From: Escherichia coli
GTDB lineage: Bacteria; Pseudomonadota; Gammaproteobacteria; Enterobacterales; Enterobacteriaceae
DNA: 64,000 nucleotides
NCBI RefSeq assembly: GCF_024223415.1
Contig: NZ_CP100500.1
Reading direction: 5' to 3' (one strand)
The notes under the pieces are model-generated. The model worked only from the letters and a program-made list of their open reading frames with translations, was not told the DNA's origin and ran no database searches. Shown piece after piece: positions 43,188-54,022 of this stretch (position 1 is its first letter; each line of letters begins with the position of its first letter). Both the position numbers and the translations under genes were made by a program.

Positions 43188-45449
43188 ATGGCGCACCCCG
43201 GACGTCATTTTTTTGCCAGCGCGCGCGGGCGATTGCTGCTTTTGAATTTGCTGGTGGTGGCGGTGACGTTGATGGTCAGCGGCGTGGCGGTAATGGGCTT
43301 TCGTCATGCCAGCCAGATGCAGGAGCTGGTGCAGCAGCAAACGGTGGATGATATGACCGGCAGCCTGAATCTGGCGCGCGACACGGCAAACGTGGCAACG
43401 GCGGCGGTGCGATTGTCGCAGGTGGTGGGAGCGCTGGAATATAAAGGCGAAGCCGAGCGGTTGCAGGAGACACAGCGGGCATTAAAAAGCTCGCTTGCAC
43501 AACTGGCGAACGCGCCTTTAGCGCAGCAGGAAGCCGGGCTGGTGACGCGCATCATCACGCGTAGCAACGAACTGCAAACCAGCGTCGGTGGAATGCTGGA
43601 GCGCGGGCAAAGGCGGCATCTGGAGCGCAACGCGCTGTTAAGTTCGCTGTATCAAAACTTAAGTTATCTGCGGCATCTGCAAAAAGTCACTCACGCGCAA
43701 GATGATATTTTGCTTAACGAGATGAACCGACTGATTGTTGCCGCTATTGCCACCCCCGCGCCGCAGGCGATTATTCATCAACTGGTCGGGGTAATGTCTG
43801 CGTTGCCGACCCACAGCGATACGCCGTTGGTTAACACGCTACTCAATGATTTTAATCGTGAACTGCGTAAACTCGCGCCGCTTTCAGCCGCTCTGGAGCA
43901 AAGCGATCTGGCAATCAGCTGGTATATGTTTCACATCAAAGCGCTGGTGGCGATCCTCAATGGCGACATCAACCGTTACGCCGAACAGGTGGCGACGCTC
44001 TCCGGTCAGCGCGTGGCGCAAAGTTACCAGGATTTGCGCTCCGGCGAGAGGCTGATCATGATTTTCGCCCTGTTAGCGGTGGTGATCACCGCGTTTGCAG
44101 GTTGGTATATCTATCGCAATCTCGGCTCTAACCTGACGGCGATTTCCAGCGCCATGAGCCGCCTGGCGCACGGTGAAGCGGATGTCAGCTTTCCGGCGTT
44201 ACAGCGGCGTGATGAGTTGGGTGAACTGGCGCGCGCCTTTAACGTTTTTGCCCGCAATACCGCGTCACTCGAACGAACGTCACGGCTGTTGAAAGAGAAA
44301 ACCATGCAGATGGAGATTGCCCAAACCGAGCGGCAGGGGCTGGAAGAGGCGCTATTGCACAGCCAGAAGCTGAAAGCGGTTGGGCAACTGACGGGCGGGC
44401 TGGCCCATGATTTTAATAATCTGCTGGCGGTGATTATTGGCAGCCTGGAGCTGGTGAATCCGGACTCGCCAGACGCGCCGCGAATACAGCGGGCGCTGCA
44501 AGCTGCCGAACGTGGGGCGCTACTGACACAACGACTGCTGGCGTTTTCCCGCAAGCAGTCCTTACATCCGCAAGCCGTTGAACTGAAAACATTGCTGGAA
44601 GAGTTAAGCGAATTAATGCGCCACTCCTTACCGGCAACGCTGGCGCTGGAGATTGAAGCGCAGTCTCCGGCGTGGCCCGCGTGGATTGACATCAGCCAAC
44701 TGGAAAATGCCATCATCAACCTGGTGATGAACGCCCGTGACGCGATGGAAGGGCAGACGGGAATCATCAAAATTCGTACCTGGAATCAGCGCGTTACTCG
44801 CAGCAGTGGGCAGCGTCAGGACATGGTGGCACTGGAGGTCATCGATCATGGCAGCGGTATGTCGCAGGCGGTGAAAAGCCAGGTATTTGAGCCATTCTTT
44901 ACCACCAAACAGACGGGCAGCGGCAGCGGGCTGGGTTTGTCGATGGTCTATGGTTTTGTGCGCCAGTCCGGTGGGCGCGTTGAAATTGAAAGCGCGCCGG
45001 GGCAGGGGACAACGGTCAGATTACAGCTTCCCCGCGCGCTGACGGCGGCGAAAAACCTATCGCCAGCGGCAGTAGAACAGGCTTCTGTCAGCGGCGATAA
45101 ACTGGTGTTAGTGCTGGAAGATGAAGCCGCGGTGCGCCAGACCATCTGCGAACAGTTGCACCTGCTGGGCTATTTGACGCTGGAAGCAAGCAGCGGCGAA
45201 CAGGCGCTGGATCTGCTGGCGGCATCAGCAGAAATCGATATTTTTATCAGCGATTTAATGCTCCCCGGCGGCATGAGCGGCGCAGAAGTGGTCAATGCGG
45301 CCCGCAAACTTTACCCGCACCTGACGCTGCTACTCATCAGCGGTCAGGATTTACGCCCCAGCCATAACCCCGCGCTGCCAGACGTGGCGCTGCTGCGCAA
45401 ACCTTTTACCCGCGCGCAGTTGGCGCAGGCGCTGGGGCAAGAGAATTGA
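43188..45449 (+). CDS. Hybrid sensor histidine kinase (2 TM, periplasmic domain, HAMP, HisKA, HATPase, C-terminal receiver; no HPt)
   Basis: ORF 43092..45449; start at MAHPGRHFF (GGAG upstream); TM1 LLLLNLLVVAVTLMV, ~280-aa periplasmic helical region, TM2 LIMIFALLAVVITAF, H-box GGLAHDFNNLL, G-boxes, receiver with DLMLPGG; protein ends at the receiver domain. Confidence 0.85.
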   Translation: MAHPGRHFFASARGRLLLLNLLVVAVTLMVSGVAVMGFRHASQMQELVQQQTVDDMTGSLNLARDTANVATAAVRLSQVVGALEYKGEAERLQETQRALKSSLAQLANAPLAQQEAGLVTRIITRSNELQTSVGGMLERGQRRHLERNALLSSLYQNLSYLRHLQKVTHAQDDILLNEMNRLIVAAIATPAPQAIIHQLVGVMSALPTHSDTPLVNTLLNDFNRELRKLAPLSAALEQSDLAISWYMFHIKALVAILNGDINRYAEQVATLSGQRVAQSYQDLRSGERLIMIFALLAVVITAFAGWYIYRNLGSNLTAISSAMSRLAHGEADVSFPALQRRDELGELARAFNVFARNTASLERTSRLLKEKTMQMEIAQTERQGLEEALLHSQKLKAVGQLTGGLAHDFNNLLAVIIGSLELVNPDSPDAPRIQRALQAAERGALLTQRLLAFSRKQSLHPQAVELKTLLEELSELMRHSLPATLALEIEAQSPAWPAWIDISQLENAIINLVMNARDAMEGQTGIIKIRTWNQRVTRSSGQRQDMVALEVIDHGSGMSQAVKSQVFEPFFTTKQTGSGSGLGLSMVYGFVRQSGGRVEIESAPGQGTTVRLQLPRALTAAKNLSPAAVEQASVSGDKLVLVLEDEAAVRQTICEQLHLLGYLTLEASSGEQALDLLAASAEIDIFISDLMLPGGMSGAEVVNAARKLYPHLTLLLISGQDLRPSHNPALPDVALLRKPFTRAQLAQALGQEN

Positions 45450-45517
45450 GAATCCTCCTCTACTCGTAACAGGCACCTTTGCCTACCTTGTATTAACTTT
45501 GTTGCGAGGCCGAGTTT

Positions 45518-45847
45518 ATGAAACGCCACTCCACGCTCTTTTTTTTCACCCTGCTCACGCTGACCACCGTACCGGCCCAGGCCGATATTATCGACGACAC
45601 CATTGGCAATATTCAGCAGGCGATTAACGATGCTTATAACCCTGACCGTGGGCGAGATTATGAAGATTCGCGTGACGACGGCTGGCAGCGTGAAGTGAGC
45701 GACGATCGGCGCAGACAATATGACGACCGCCGTCGCCAGTTTGAAGATCGTCGCAGGCAACTGGACGATCGCCAGCACCAGCTTGATCAGGAGCGTCGGC
45801 AGCTAGAAGATGAAGAGCGGAGAATGGAAGATGAGTATGGGCAATGA
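45518..45847 (+). CDS. yjdP: Small secreted Arg/Asp/Glu-rich protein YjdP
   Basis: 109-aa ORF with signal peptide and repetitive DDRRRQ region; K-12-syntenic neighbour of phnP. Confidence 0.75.
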   Translation: MKRHSTLFFFTLLTLTTVPAQADIIDDTIGNIQQAINDAYNPDRGRDYEDSRDDGWQREVSDDRRRQYDDRRRQFEDRRRQLDDRQHQLDQERRQLEDEERRMEDEYGQ

Positions 45848-45861
45848 TGTTGGGTATGGAG

Positions 45862-45925
45862 CAGGCATCGCCCCTCTGGGGAGAGGGGTAGGGTGAGGGG
45901 GCCAGCACGCACATTCCCTCTCATC
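45862..45925. repeat. GC-rich palindromic intergenic repeat (boxC-like), copy 2
   Basis: cccctctggggagaggggtagggtgagggggccagcacgcacattccctctca between yjdP and phnP. Confidence 0.4.
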
Positions 45926-46682
45926 ACGCCACCCCAATCTCCATCCCATCAAACCCCGCCTCAAACCCCGACGGCAGTGTGTTTTCCATCAGCCATGCAT
46001 CAAACTGATGGCTGATGTGCGTCAGAATCACGCGCGGCGAGCGGATAACCTGATTCAGCGCAAGCACGGTATTTAAATCACAGTGATTACGCGGTGCATC
46101 CTCGCACGGCGGGTGGCTGCAATCAATCACCATTACCTGCGGCTGATTATTGCGTAATAATTTCAGCGTTTTTTCCGGCAAGCCAGCGGTGTCAGACAGC
46201 CACGCCACCCGGCTGTGCGCCGTTTCCAGCAGATAACCGAAGGTCAGTTTTGAGTGGTTGAGCGGCAGGGGCGTGACCTGTAACCCCTGCAAATCAAACA
46301 CCACAAACGGTTCCACCGTGTGGCTGAAATCAAGCAGGCCCGGATGTTTAAACAGATCGTCGCAGCCCTGTTCATCCGGCGGGCCGTAAACCGGGATCGG
46401 ATCGCCCACACCCCAGCGCAGCGGAAACAGCCCCTGGACGTGATCCATATGGTAGTGCGTCAGCAAAAACTGCTGGAACGATCCTGGCGACCAGCGATCG
46501 GTGAGATCGTGCAGCCCGGCGTCGATCAGGGTGATCGCCTCGTTAAACTTCACTACGCCGCTGCACGGTTGGCGGCGATACTGCGGTGAGCGCCGCGCTC
46601 TGGCGCAGGCCGCACACTCGCAGCCCCATGCCGGAACGCCCTGTGCGCCGCCGGTGCCGGTGAGCGTGAGGGTCAGGCTCAT
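45924..46682 (-). CDS. phnP: Phosphoribosyl 1,2-cyclic phosphate phosphodiesterase PhnP
   Basis: 252-aa metallo-beta-lactamase-fold ORF (HYHMDH); last gene of the phn operon. Confidence 0.88.
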   Translation of the reverse strand: MSLTLTLTGTGGAQGVPAWGCECAACARARRSPQYRRQPCSGVVKFNEAITLIDAGLHDLTDRWSPGSFQQFLLTHYHMDHVQGLFPLRWGVGDPIPVYGPPDEQGCDDLFKHPGLLDFSHTVEPFVVFDLQGLQVTPLPLNHSKLTFGYLLETAHSRVAWLSDTAGLPEKTLKLLRNNQPQVMVIDCSHPPCEDAPRNHCDLNTVLALNQVIRSPRVILTHISHQFDAWLMENTLPSGFEAGFDGMEIGVA

Positions 46683-46683
46683 G

Positions 46684-47118
46684 TTACAGCGCCTTCGTGA
46701 AGCGGAAGTGGCTCTGCTCGTAGCCTTCGCGCAGATAGAAACGGTGTGCGTCGTGGCGCTTCACGTTGGTCGAAAGCTCGGTCATTTCGGCCCCGGCCTG
46801 GCGGGCTTCTTCTTCTGCCCACGCCAGTAACTTGCTACCGACGTTCAGGCCGCGCGCCTGCGGCATCACCACCAGTTCCTGAATTTCACCGATCCAGTTG
46901 ACATGATGCAGATGAAACTGCAAATGCAGGCCGATCATGCCGACAACTTCGCCATCCAGCAGCGCCAAATGGTAGCGCATGTTCGGGTCGCGTAGGTTAG
47001 CGTTAAAGCCCACGCGAAACGCGTGATGGTCAAACTCCGCCTGTTTTAGCTCACAAATCAGCGCGTAAACCGCGTCGGTGTCGTACTGCGTGGCCGGGCG
47101 AAGCTCACAAGCAGGCAT
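46684..47118 (-). CDS. phnO: Aminoalkylphosphonate N-acetyltransferase PhnO
   Basis: 144-aa GNAT-family ORF. Confidence 0.85.
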
Positions 47119-47662
47119 GGTGTTTCTCCTTCTGATGGATCAGCGTCAGCAGCGTGTCGACCGACTGGCGCAGGCTGCCGTCATTATTGAGCGTATGGCA
47201 ATCCTGTGGAGTATAGCGGGCGGCGCGCACCAGCCGGGCGTTAATTTCACTGGCGTTTTCGCGGCCACGGTTTTCCAGGCGCTGGCGCAGGATCTCCGGC
47301 GAAACCTGCAAGCAAATGGGCAGCAGCGCCGATTGATAGCGCGCCCGCGCCTGCGGCAAATGGGCGCGTGAGCCGTTGACCAGCACGTCGAATCCGGCGT
47401 GCAGCCAGAGGTCGATCTCGACGCCGACGCCATAATACAGACCGTTGGCGTGCCAGCTTAAGGCCAGCAGATTTTGCCCCGCGCGGGTAAAAAACTCCTG
47501 CTCACTCAGGGCGATATGGTTTTCGCTTCCAGCGCTGGCATCGCGCGTGATGTAGCGATGCGCCACCAGTAACTGAGTTTGTTCCCGCAGGCGGAGTTCC
47601 GCCAGCAGGCTATCTTTCCCGGAGCCGGACGGCCCCATTAACCAAATCAGTTTTCCCGTCAT
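47105..47662 (-). CDS. phnN: Ribose 1,5-bisphosphate phosphokinase PhnN
   Basis: 185-aa P-loop ORF (GPSGSGKDS); overlaps phnO and phnM. Confidence 0.88.
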
Positions 47663-48798
47663 CAGAACACCCTTTTACCCTGACGCCAGACGTGGTCGAT
47701 ATGAATGTGGTTGCCCTTGCGATGCGCCAGCACCAGGTCGGCGCGTTTGCCCTCGCCAATCACCCCGCGATCCTGGAGATTGAGCGCCTGCGCCGGATTT
47801 TTAGTCACCAGCTTCACCGCCTGCGGCAGCGTAAAGCGGTTGCTCTGGTCATCGGCCACGCGGAACGCCGCATCCAGCAGGCTGGCGGGGTAGTAGTCGG
47901 AAGAGAGGATATCCAGCAGGCCAAGCTGCGCCAGTTCACTGGCCGCCACGTTGCCGGAGTGCGAACCGCCACGCACGATATTTGGCGCGCCCATCAGCAC
48001 GTTCATATCATGCTTGCGCGAGGCTTCTGCCGCTTCGAACGTGGTGGGAAATTCGGCGATCACGCTGCCAAGCTGATGGGATTCGGCAACGTGGGCGTGG
48101 GTGGCGTCATCGTGGCTGGCAAGCGCAATTTTTCGCGCGCGGCACAGGGCGGCGATGGATTCGCGATTCGGCTGCGACCAGCGTGCGGCGAGCGCCAGTT
48201 GCTCTTCTTCGTACTGCTGCATCTGCGCATCAGTGAGCGAGTATTTGCCCTGATAATATTCACGGTACTTCTCGCGGTTGGCGAACTGGCGCTGGCCCGG
48301 CGAGTGGTCCATCAGCGACACCAGCGTCACCGGCTCGCGCTGCACCAGTTTTTCAAACAGCGGCAGCGTGGTGTGATGCGGCAGCTCGCAGCGCAGGTGC
48401 AGACGGTGCTCGGCGCGGTTGACGCCGCGCTTCTGCGTCTCTTCGATGGCGTTGATCATCTTCTCCAGATTCTCCAGCCGATCGCCGCCGTCGCGTACGT
48501 CGCCAATCGCCACGGCGTCCAGTACGGTGGTGATGCCGCTCGCCACCATCAGCGCGTCGTGGCTGCTCATCGCCGAGTGGGCAGGCCAGTCAACTTTCGG
48601 GCGCGGGGTGAAGAATTTATCCAGATTATCGGTATGCAGCTCAATCAGCCCCGGCAGCAGCCAGCCGCCTTCGCCGTCCATCGCCTCCGGCAGGCGGCTC
48701 TGGCTTTCGGCAAAGGCGCGGATTTCGCCGTCCTGCACCTCCAGTGAACCGTGTACCACTTCGTTTTCCAGCACCAATTTGACGTTATTGATAATCAT
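47662..48798 (-). CDS. phnM: C-P lyase pathway amidohydrolase PhnM
   Basis: 378-aa amidohydrolase-family ORF. Confidence 0.88.
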   Translation of the reverse strand: MIINNVKLVLENEVVHGSLEVQDGEIRAFAESQSRLPEAMDGEGGWLLPGLIELHTDNLDKFFTPRPKVDWPAHSAMSSHDALMVASGITTVLDAVAIGDVRDGGDRLENLEKMINAIEETQKRGVNRAEHRLHLRCELPHHTTLPLFEKLVQREPVTLVSLMDHSPGQRQFANREKYREYYQGKYSLTDAQMQQYEEEQLALAARWSQPNRESIAALCRARKIALASHDDATHAHVAESHQLGSVIAEFPTTFEAAEASRKHDMNVLMGAPNIVRGGSHSGNVAASELAQLGLLDILSSDYYPASLLDAAFRVADDQSNRFTLPQAVKLVTKNPAQALNLQDRGVIGEGKRADLVLAHRKGNHIHIDHVWRQGKRVF

Positions 48799-49475
48799 AA
48801 AGAGGCTCCCATTGGGTGCAGGCGGTCGGCAACGTCATTACGTACGGCTTCGTCATGGAAGATGCCGACAATGGCTGCGCCACGAGCTTTGGCTTCGCGG
48901 ATCAGTTCCACCACCGCGGCGCTGTTTTTGGCGTCCAGCGAGGCGGTAGGTTCGTCGAGCAGCAGAATGGGGTAGTCGACGATAAAGCCGCGGGCGATGT
49001 TGACGCGCTGCTGTTCGCCGCCGGAGAAGGTTGATGGCGCCAGGTGCCACAGGCGTTCCGGCACGTTCAGGCGGGTGAGCAGACGCGCGGCTTTAGCGGC
49101 GCAGGCTTCACGCGGTACGCCGGTATCGAGCAGCGGCTGCATCACCACTTCCAGTGCTGAAATACGCGGGATGACGCGCAGAAACTGGCTCACCCAGCCG
49201 ACGGTGGTTTTGCGGATCTCCACCACTTTGCGCGCTGGCGCGGTGACCAGATCGACCCATTCGTCACCGTGTTTGATCTGGATTTGCCCTTCGTCGGGCA
49301 GATAGTTGGCGTACAGCGAGCGTAGCAGGGTTGATTTTCCGCTGCCGGAATGGCCGTGGAGCACCACGCATTCGCCCGCGTTGACGGTGAGCGAGGCGCG
49401 GTTGAGGACGGGCAGGCGCACGCCGTTTTGCTGGTGCAGGATGAAGGTTTTACTGACGTTTTGTACGTTAATCAT
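48795..49475 (-). CDS. phnL: C-P lyase system ATP-binding protein PhnL
   Basis: ORF 48795..49589; start taken at [11 protein letters not shown] (226 aa); Walker [10 protein letters not shown]. Confidence 0.85.
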   Translation of the reverse strand: MINVQNVSKTFILHQQNGVRLPVLNRASLTVNAGECVVLHGHSGSGKSTLLRSLYANYLPDEGQIQIKHGDEWVDLVTAPARKVVEIRKTTVGWVSQFLRVIPRISALEVVMQPLLDTGVPREACAAKAARLLTRLNVPERLWHLAPSTFSGGEQQRVNIARGFIVDYPILLLDEPTASLDAKNSAAVVELIREAKARGAAIVGIFHDEAVRNDVADRLHPMGASL

Positions 49476-49496
49476 TTTTCGCCTCGTGGTTCGGGT

Positions 49497-49582
<86 letters not shown>

Positions 49583-49585
49583 GGC

Positions 49586-50344
49586 TCAATTCTGCAAAAC
49601 CGATGACACCAGCAGTTGTGTATACGGATGGTGCGGGTCGTCGAGCACGCGGTCGGTTAACCCACTCTCCACCACTTGCCCCTGCTTCATCACCAGCAAA
49701 CGGTCCGCCAGCAGGCGGGCGACGCCTAAATCGTGGGTGACAATCACTACCGCGAGGTTCAGCTCCACCACCAGGCCGCGCAGCAGGTCGAGCAGGCGCG
49801 CCTGCACCGACACATCCAGCCCGCCGGTCGGTTCATCCATAAACACCAGCTTCGGATGCGTCACCAGGTTGCGGGCAATCTGCAAACGCTGCTGCATACC
49901 GCCGGAAAAGGTGGTCGGCAGGTCGTCGATCCGGTTGGCGGGAATTTCCACCTCTTCCAGCCACTTCTGCGCGGTGGCGCGAATATCGCCGTAATGACGC
50001 GCCCCGGTCGCCATCAGCCGCTCGCCGATATTGCCGCCTGCCGAGACCTGGCGGCGCAGGCCGTCGAGCGGATGCTGATGCACCACGCCCCATTCGGTGC
50101 GCAGCAGGCGACGGCGGTCGGCCTCGCTCATTGCATACAGCGAACGGTTCTCGTAGTGAATTTCCCCCTGCTGCGGCGTCAGGCGCGCGGAGATTGATTT
50201 CAGCAGCGTGGTCTTCCCGGAGCCGGATTCCCCGACGATGCCCAGCACTTCTCCCGACCATAAATCAAAAGAGACATCGCTAAAGCCTTTGCCCGGCGCG
50301 TAAAGGTGGGTCAGGTTATTGACCGAAAGTAACGGTTGATTCAT
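49586..50344 (-). CDS. phnK: C-P lyase system ATP-binding protein PhnK
   Basis: ORF 49586..50374; start at [11 protein letters not shown] (252 aa); Walker [10 protein letters not shown]. Confidence 0.85.
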   Translation of the reverse strand: MNQPLLSVNNLTHLYAPGKGFSDVSFDLWSGEVLGIVGESGSGKTTLLKSISARLTPQQGEIHYENRSLYAMSEADRRRLLRTEWGVVHQHPLDGLRRQVSAGGNIGERLMATGARHYGDIRATAQKWLEEVEIPANRIDDLPTTFSGGMQQRLQIARNLVTHPKLVFMDEPTGGLDVSVQARLLDLLRGLVVELNLAVVIVTHDLGVARLLADRLLVMKQGQVVESGLTDRVLDDPHHPYTQLLVSSVLQN

Positions 50345-51186
50345 TGGCTTTTTGCCTCGCTCTGTTGGCGGCAATAATCGGTATCGGAGCAGACAAACAT
50401 GCGGTTTCCGGCGTCATCCAGCACCACTTCGTCGAGATAGCTGTGGGTCGATCCGCAGATGGCGCATGGCTCATCCCACTGCTGAACGGTGAACGGGTGA
50501 TCGTCGAAATCGAGGTTTTCCACGCGGGTAAACGGCGGCACCGCATAAATACGCTTCTCGCGCCCCGCGCCGAACAGCTGCAGGGCGGGCATCATGTCCA
50601 TTTTCGGGTTATCGAATTTCGGGATCGGCGACGGGTCCATCACGTAGCGCCCATTTACCTTCACCGGATAGGCGTAGGTGGTGGCGATATGACCGAAGCG
50701 GGCGATATCTTCATACAGTTTCACCTGCATCACGCCGTACTCCTCCAGCGCGTGCATGGTGCGGGTTTCCGTTTCGCGCGGCTCGATAAAGCGCAGCGGC
50801 TCGGGGATTGGCACCTGGAAGATAATGATCTGATCTTCGGTCAGCGGCGTTTCGGGGATGCGGTGACGCGTCTGGATAACCGTCGCATTGTCCGTACGTT
50901 CCGTGGTGTTTACCCCGGTCACGCGCTTGAAGAAGTTGCGAATCGACACGGCGTTGGTGGTGTCATCCGCGCCCTGGTCAATCACCTTCAGCACGTCGCT
51001 TTCGCCAATCACGCTGGCGGTAAGCTGTATGCCGCCGGTTCCCCAGCCGTACGGCATCGGCATCTCGCGCCCGCCAAACGGCACCTGATAGCCGGGGATC
51101 GCCACCGCTTTTAAGATGGCGCGGCGGATCATGCGTTTGGTCTGCTCGTCGAGGTAGGCAAAGTTGTAGCCGCTCAGATTAGCCAT
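50341..51186 (-). CDS. phnJ: Alpha-D-ribose 1-methylphosphonate 5-phosphate C-P lyase PhnJ
   Basis: ORF 50341..51375; start at MANLSGYNFAYLDEQ (281 aa); C-terminal Cys cluster. Confidence 0.88.
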   Translation of the reverse strand: MANLSGYNFAYLDEQTKRMIRRAILKAVAIPGYQVPFGGREMPMPYGWGTGGIQLTASVIGESDVLKVIDQGADDTTNAVSIRNFFKRVTGVNTTERTDNATVIQTRHRIPETPLTEDQIIIFQVPIPEPLRFIEPRETETRTMHALEEYGVMQVKLYEDIARFGHIATTYAYPVKVNGRYVMDPSPIPKFDNPKMDMMPALQLFGAGREKRIYAVPPFTRVENLDFDDHPFTVQQWDEPCAICGSTHSYLDEVVLDDAGNRMFVCSDTDYCRQQSEAKSQ

Positions 51187-52243
51187 GGTTCTGCTCCTGT
51201 TGCAGACGTTTGAGTAGCTCCAGTTCGGCCTGGAAATCGACGTAGTGCGGGAGTTTGAGGTGTGAGACAAAGCCTGCGGCTTCGACGTTGTCGGCATGTG
51301 CCAGCACGAACTCTTCATCCTGCGCCGGGCCTGTCGCGTGCTCGCCGTACTCCGGAGCCTGCAACGCACGGTCAACCAGCGCCATTGCCATTGCTTTGCG
51401 CTCGCTCATACCGAACACCAGCCCGTAGCCGCGCGTGAAGTGCGGCGGTTCATCTGGCGGGTCGATAAAACCGTTGACCATTTCACACTCAGTCATCAGC
51501 AATTCGCCGACGTTCACCGCAAATCCCAGCTCTTCCGGCACAATCGACACGTCGATGTAACCACTGCGGATTTCACCCGCGAACGGGTGATTGCGCCCGT
51601 AACCGCGTTGGGTGGAGTAGGCGAGCGCCAGCAAATAGCCTTCGTCGCCGCGCATCAACTGCTGCAAACGGGAAGAACGTGAGCAGGGGTAAACCGGCGG
51701 CGTGCGGGTGATATCATCCGGCTGTGCGCCGCTATCCTCTTCAAACTTCGCCAGCCCCTGACGCGCCAGCAGGCTGAAAACGTGCGGCGACGGCTGCTGT
51801 TCGCTGTCGGCGGTGGTCAGCGTCGGCGCTTCGCCGTTTGCCAGCAGAGTGAAATCGAGCAGGCGATGGGTGTAGTCGTAGGTTGGGCCAAGCAACTGGC
51901 CGCCGGGAATATCTTTATAAACCGCTGAAATACGCCGTTCGAGGCGCATCTCCGTGGTGTCGAGCGGCTCGCTTACCGCGAGCTTCGCCAGCGTGGTGCG
52001 GTAGGCGCGCAGCAGGAAAATTGCTTCGACGTTATCGCCGCTGGCCTGTTTCAGCGCCAGCGCCGCCAGTTCGCGGTCGGCAATGCCGCCTTCGGTCATC
52101 ACGCGATCCACCGCAAGATTAAGCTGCTGTTCAATCTGGGCGACGCTCAGTTCAGGCAAATCGGTATCGCCCCGGCGTCGGCTCTCTTGCAGGGCGTGGG
52201 CGGCGTCGATCGCCTTCTCGCCCCCTTTCACGGCAACGTACAT
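51179..52243 (-). CDS. phnI: C-P lyase core complex subunit PhnI
   Basis: ORF 51179..52363; start at [12 protein letters not shown] (354 aa). Confidence 0.88.
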   Translation of the reverse strand: MYVAVKGGEKAIDAAHALQESRRRGDTDLPELSVAQIEQQLNLAVDRVMTEGGIADRELAALALKQASGDNVEAIFLLRAYRTTLAKLAVSEPLDTTEMRLERRISAVYKDIPGGQLLGPTYDYTHRLLDFTLLANGEAPTLTTADSEQQPSPHVFSLLARQGLAKFEEDSGAQPDDITRTPPVYPCSRSSRLQQLMRGDEGYLLALAYSTQRGYGRNHPFAGEIRSGYIDVSIVPEELGFAVNVGELLMTECEMVNGFIDPPDEPPHFTRGYGLVFGMSERKAMAMALVDRALQAPEYGEHATGPAQDEEFVLAHADNVEAAGFVSHLKLPHYVDFQAELELLKRLQQEQNHG

Positions 52244-52827
52244 CAGCACACCTCCACATGAGTGGTTCGCGGAACAGCCAGCAGGCGCTCGCCGCAGGTC
52301 AGGATCAGGTCGATGCCGAGCGGGAACGGGTGCGGGCGCTCGGTGAGTTCGTGCAGAATGCACTCCGGCAGCTGCGGGGCGATCATTCGTTCTTCGGCAA
52401 TGCCCGCACCGGTGAGGCGCAGCATGCGCCCGCCGCTCAGGCTGGCGACTTGTAAAATCAGCGTCGCGCCCGCTTCCGGCGCAACGGCGGTGCCGGTGGA
52501 AAGGGCGTTGAGCTGTTCGCTGGAAATCGCCTCATCCGCTACCGCGAAGGTCGCCTGTTCCGGCTGGCTGACCAGCGGCGCGTTGGTATGAAAACGCAGG
52601 CTCTGGCTGACGATATCGTTGCTCAATGGCGCGGCAAGCCACACCGGCGTGTCGTTATCAGCCAGCGTCAGCAGCACGCTGGTGGTGGCGATATTCAGCG
52701 GCTGCCAGCCGCGCTTGAGCTGATGCAGGGCGACAATCACGCCCGGCTCGCTCATGGCCTTTAACAGGCGACGAAAACTGTGCTGGGCATCCTGCACGGG
52801 AAGCATAAAAGCGGTTTCCAGGGTCAT
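52243..52827 (-). CDS. phnH: C-P lyase core complex subunit PhnH
   Basis: 194-aa ORF; operon position. Confidence 0.85.
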   Translation of the reverse strand: MTLETAFMLPVQDAQHSFRRLLKAMSEPGVIVALHQLKRGWQPLNIATTSVLLTLADNDTPVWLAAPLSNDIVSQSLRFHTNAPLVSQPEQATFAVADEAISSEQLNALSTGTAVAPEAGATLILQVASLSGGRMLRLTGAGIAEERMIAPQLPECILHELTERPHPFPLGIDLILTCGERLLAVPRTTHVEVC

Positions 52828-53276
52828 GCGTTGTCTCCGCGAACCATCGTAAAGAAGTCGACCCGGCTGGCGTTCACTTCGGCCTGGCGTGCGGCAATGC
52901 GTGCCATACGGTCAGCGTCCAGCGGGGCAATAAGCGTTTCTGATAAGTTTTGAAAGTGGCGAGATTGCTGCATCAGCGCGTCAATCAGCGCGCAGCGTTC
53001 GGCGTGCTGTTTGTCGCGCCCCAGCACCCAGCTGTAGCCGAGGGTGCCGTCAGTCAGGCGTACGGCGGCGCGGGTGAGCGTGGCGTCGCCGGCAAAAAAG
53101 CGTTCGCCGGTGCCGCCCATCCGCGCCTGAATCTGCACCAGACCAGTTTCGGCAGTGCGGATCACTTCATAGTCGGCGGTGATGTTCAGCGCGTTCAGGC
53201 GGGCTGCCAGTTCAGCCGGTTGGCTGTGCGCCAGTACGGACATCCAGTGCTGGCGGGTCGCGGTATCTGCGTGCAT
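52824..53276 (-). CDS. phnG: C-P lyase core complex subunit PhnG
   Basis: 150-aa ORF; operon position. Confidence 0.85.
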   Translation of the reverse strand: MHADTATRQHWMSVLAHSQPAELAARLNALNITADYEVIRTAETGLVQIQARMGGTGERFFAGDATLTRAAVRLTDGTLGYSWVLGRDKQHAERCALIDALMQQSRHFQNLSETLIAPLDADRMARIAARQAEVNASRVDFFTMVRGDNA

Positions 53277-54002
53277 TCAGTGCTCCATAGTGAATTCAAT
53301 CATGTCGGCGCGCGTCAGGCTGACGGAGTACTCCGCCGGGCTGCTTTCACCGTCACGGTGGTTAAGGGTGCGCACGCACAGCAGCGGCGACATATTCGGA
53401 ATTTCAAGACGCTGGCACTCTTTGGCCTGGGCGCGGCGGGCGCTGATCCGCGTCTGGCTGCGGCGCAGTGCAATCCCCGTTTGCTCGCGCAGAAAATCGT
53501 GCAGCGAGCCGCTGTCGAAGCGTTGCAGCGTCGGCCAGAGGGTGAGGTCCGCGAAGTAGTGGTCGATTAAACAGAGCGCGATGCCGTTGACCCGGCGCAG
53601 GGTGCGCAGGTGGATAACGTTCTCGCCCTCCTTGATCCCCAGCGCGTCTGCCACGTGACCAGACGCCGGGCGCAGCACCGACAGCAGTTTTTCGCTGGTG
53701 GGGTGGCTGCCCTGATCCAGCAGATTCTGGCTAAAACGCGCCTGGGCGTTAAGCGGGTAATCGAACGGGCGCATCAGCACCAGCACGCCGACGCCCTGAC
53801 GGCGCTGTACCCAGCCTTTTTCCACCAGTTGGTCGATAGCGCGGCGCAGGGTGTGGCGATTCACCTCAAAACGCGCCGCCAGTTGCTGCTCGGCGGGAAG
53901 ATAGTCGCCGCAGCGGTAGTGTTGACGAAGCTCCTGCTCAAGTTTTGCGGCTATCTCCTGATAGCGTGTTGGGTAGCTGGTCGGATGTGTAGACAAGTGC
54001 AT
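53277..54002 (-). CDS. phnF: GntR-family repressor PhnF
   Basis: ORF 53277..54011; start at MHLSTHPTSY (241 aa); N-terminal GntR HTH. Confidence 0.85.
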   Translation of the reverse strand: MHLSTHPTSYPTRYQEIAAKLEQELRQHYRCGDYLPAEQQLAARFEVNRHTLRRAIDQLVEKGWVQRRQGVGVLVLMRPFDYPLNAQARFSQNLLDQGSHPTSEKLLSVLRPASGHVADALGIKEGENVIHLRTLRRVNGIALCLIDHYFADLTLWPTLQRFDSGSLHDFLREQTGIALRRSQTRISARRAQAKECQRLEIPNMSPLLCVRTLNHRDGESSPAEYSVSLTRADMIEFTMEH

Positions 54003-54022
54003 AGCTATCAATGCCTCGCTAA

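Noticed and set aside
36018..45517. Accessory cluster as a classic integrase-borne genomic island or prophage remnant
   Set aside because: No integrase, transposase, tRNA gene or flanking direct repeats seen at either junction; gene content is metabolic and regulatory only.
47692..48747. 351-aa plus-strand ORF inside phnM
   Set aside because: Antisense shadow ORF in GC-rich coding DNA; low-complexity Arg/Ala/Gly-rich translation, no start context, fully overlapped by a confidently assigned gene.
50344..51114. 256-aa plus-strand ORF inside phnJ
   Set aside because: Antisense to phnJ with His/Arg/Gly-rich nonsense composition; typical of a high-GC reverse frame.
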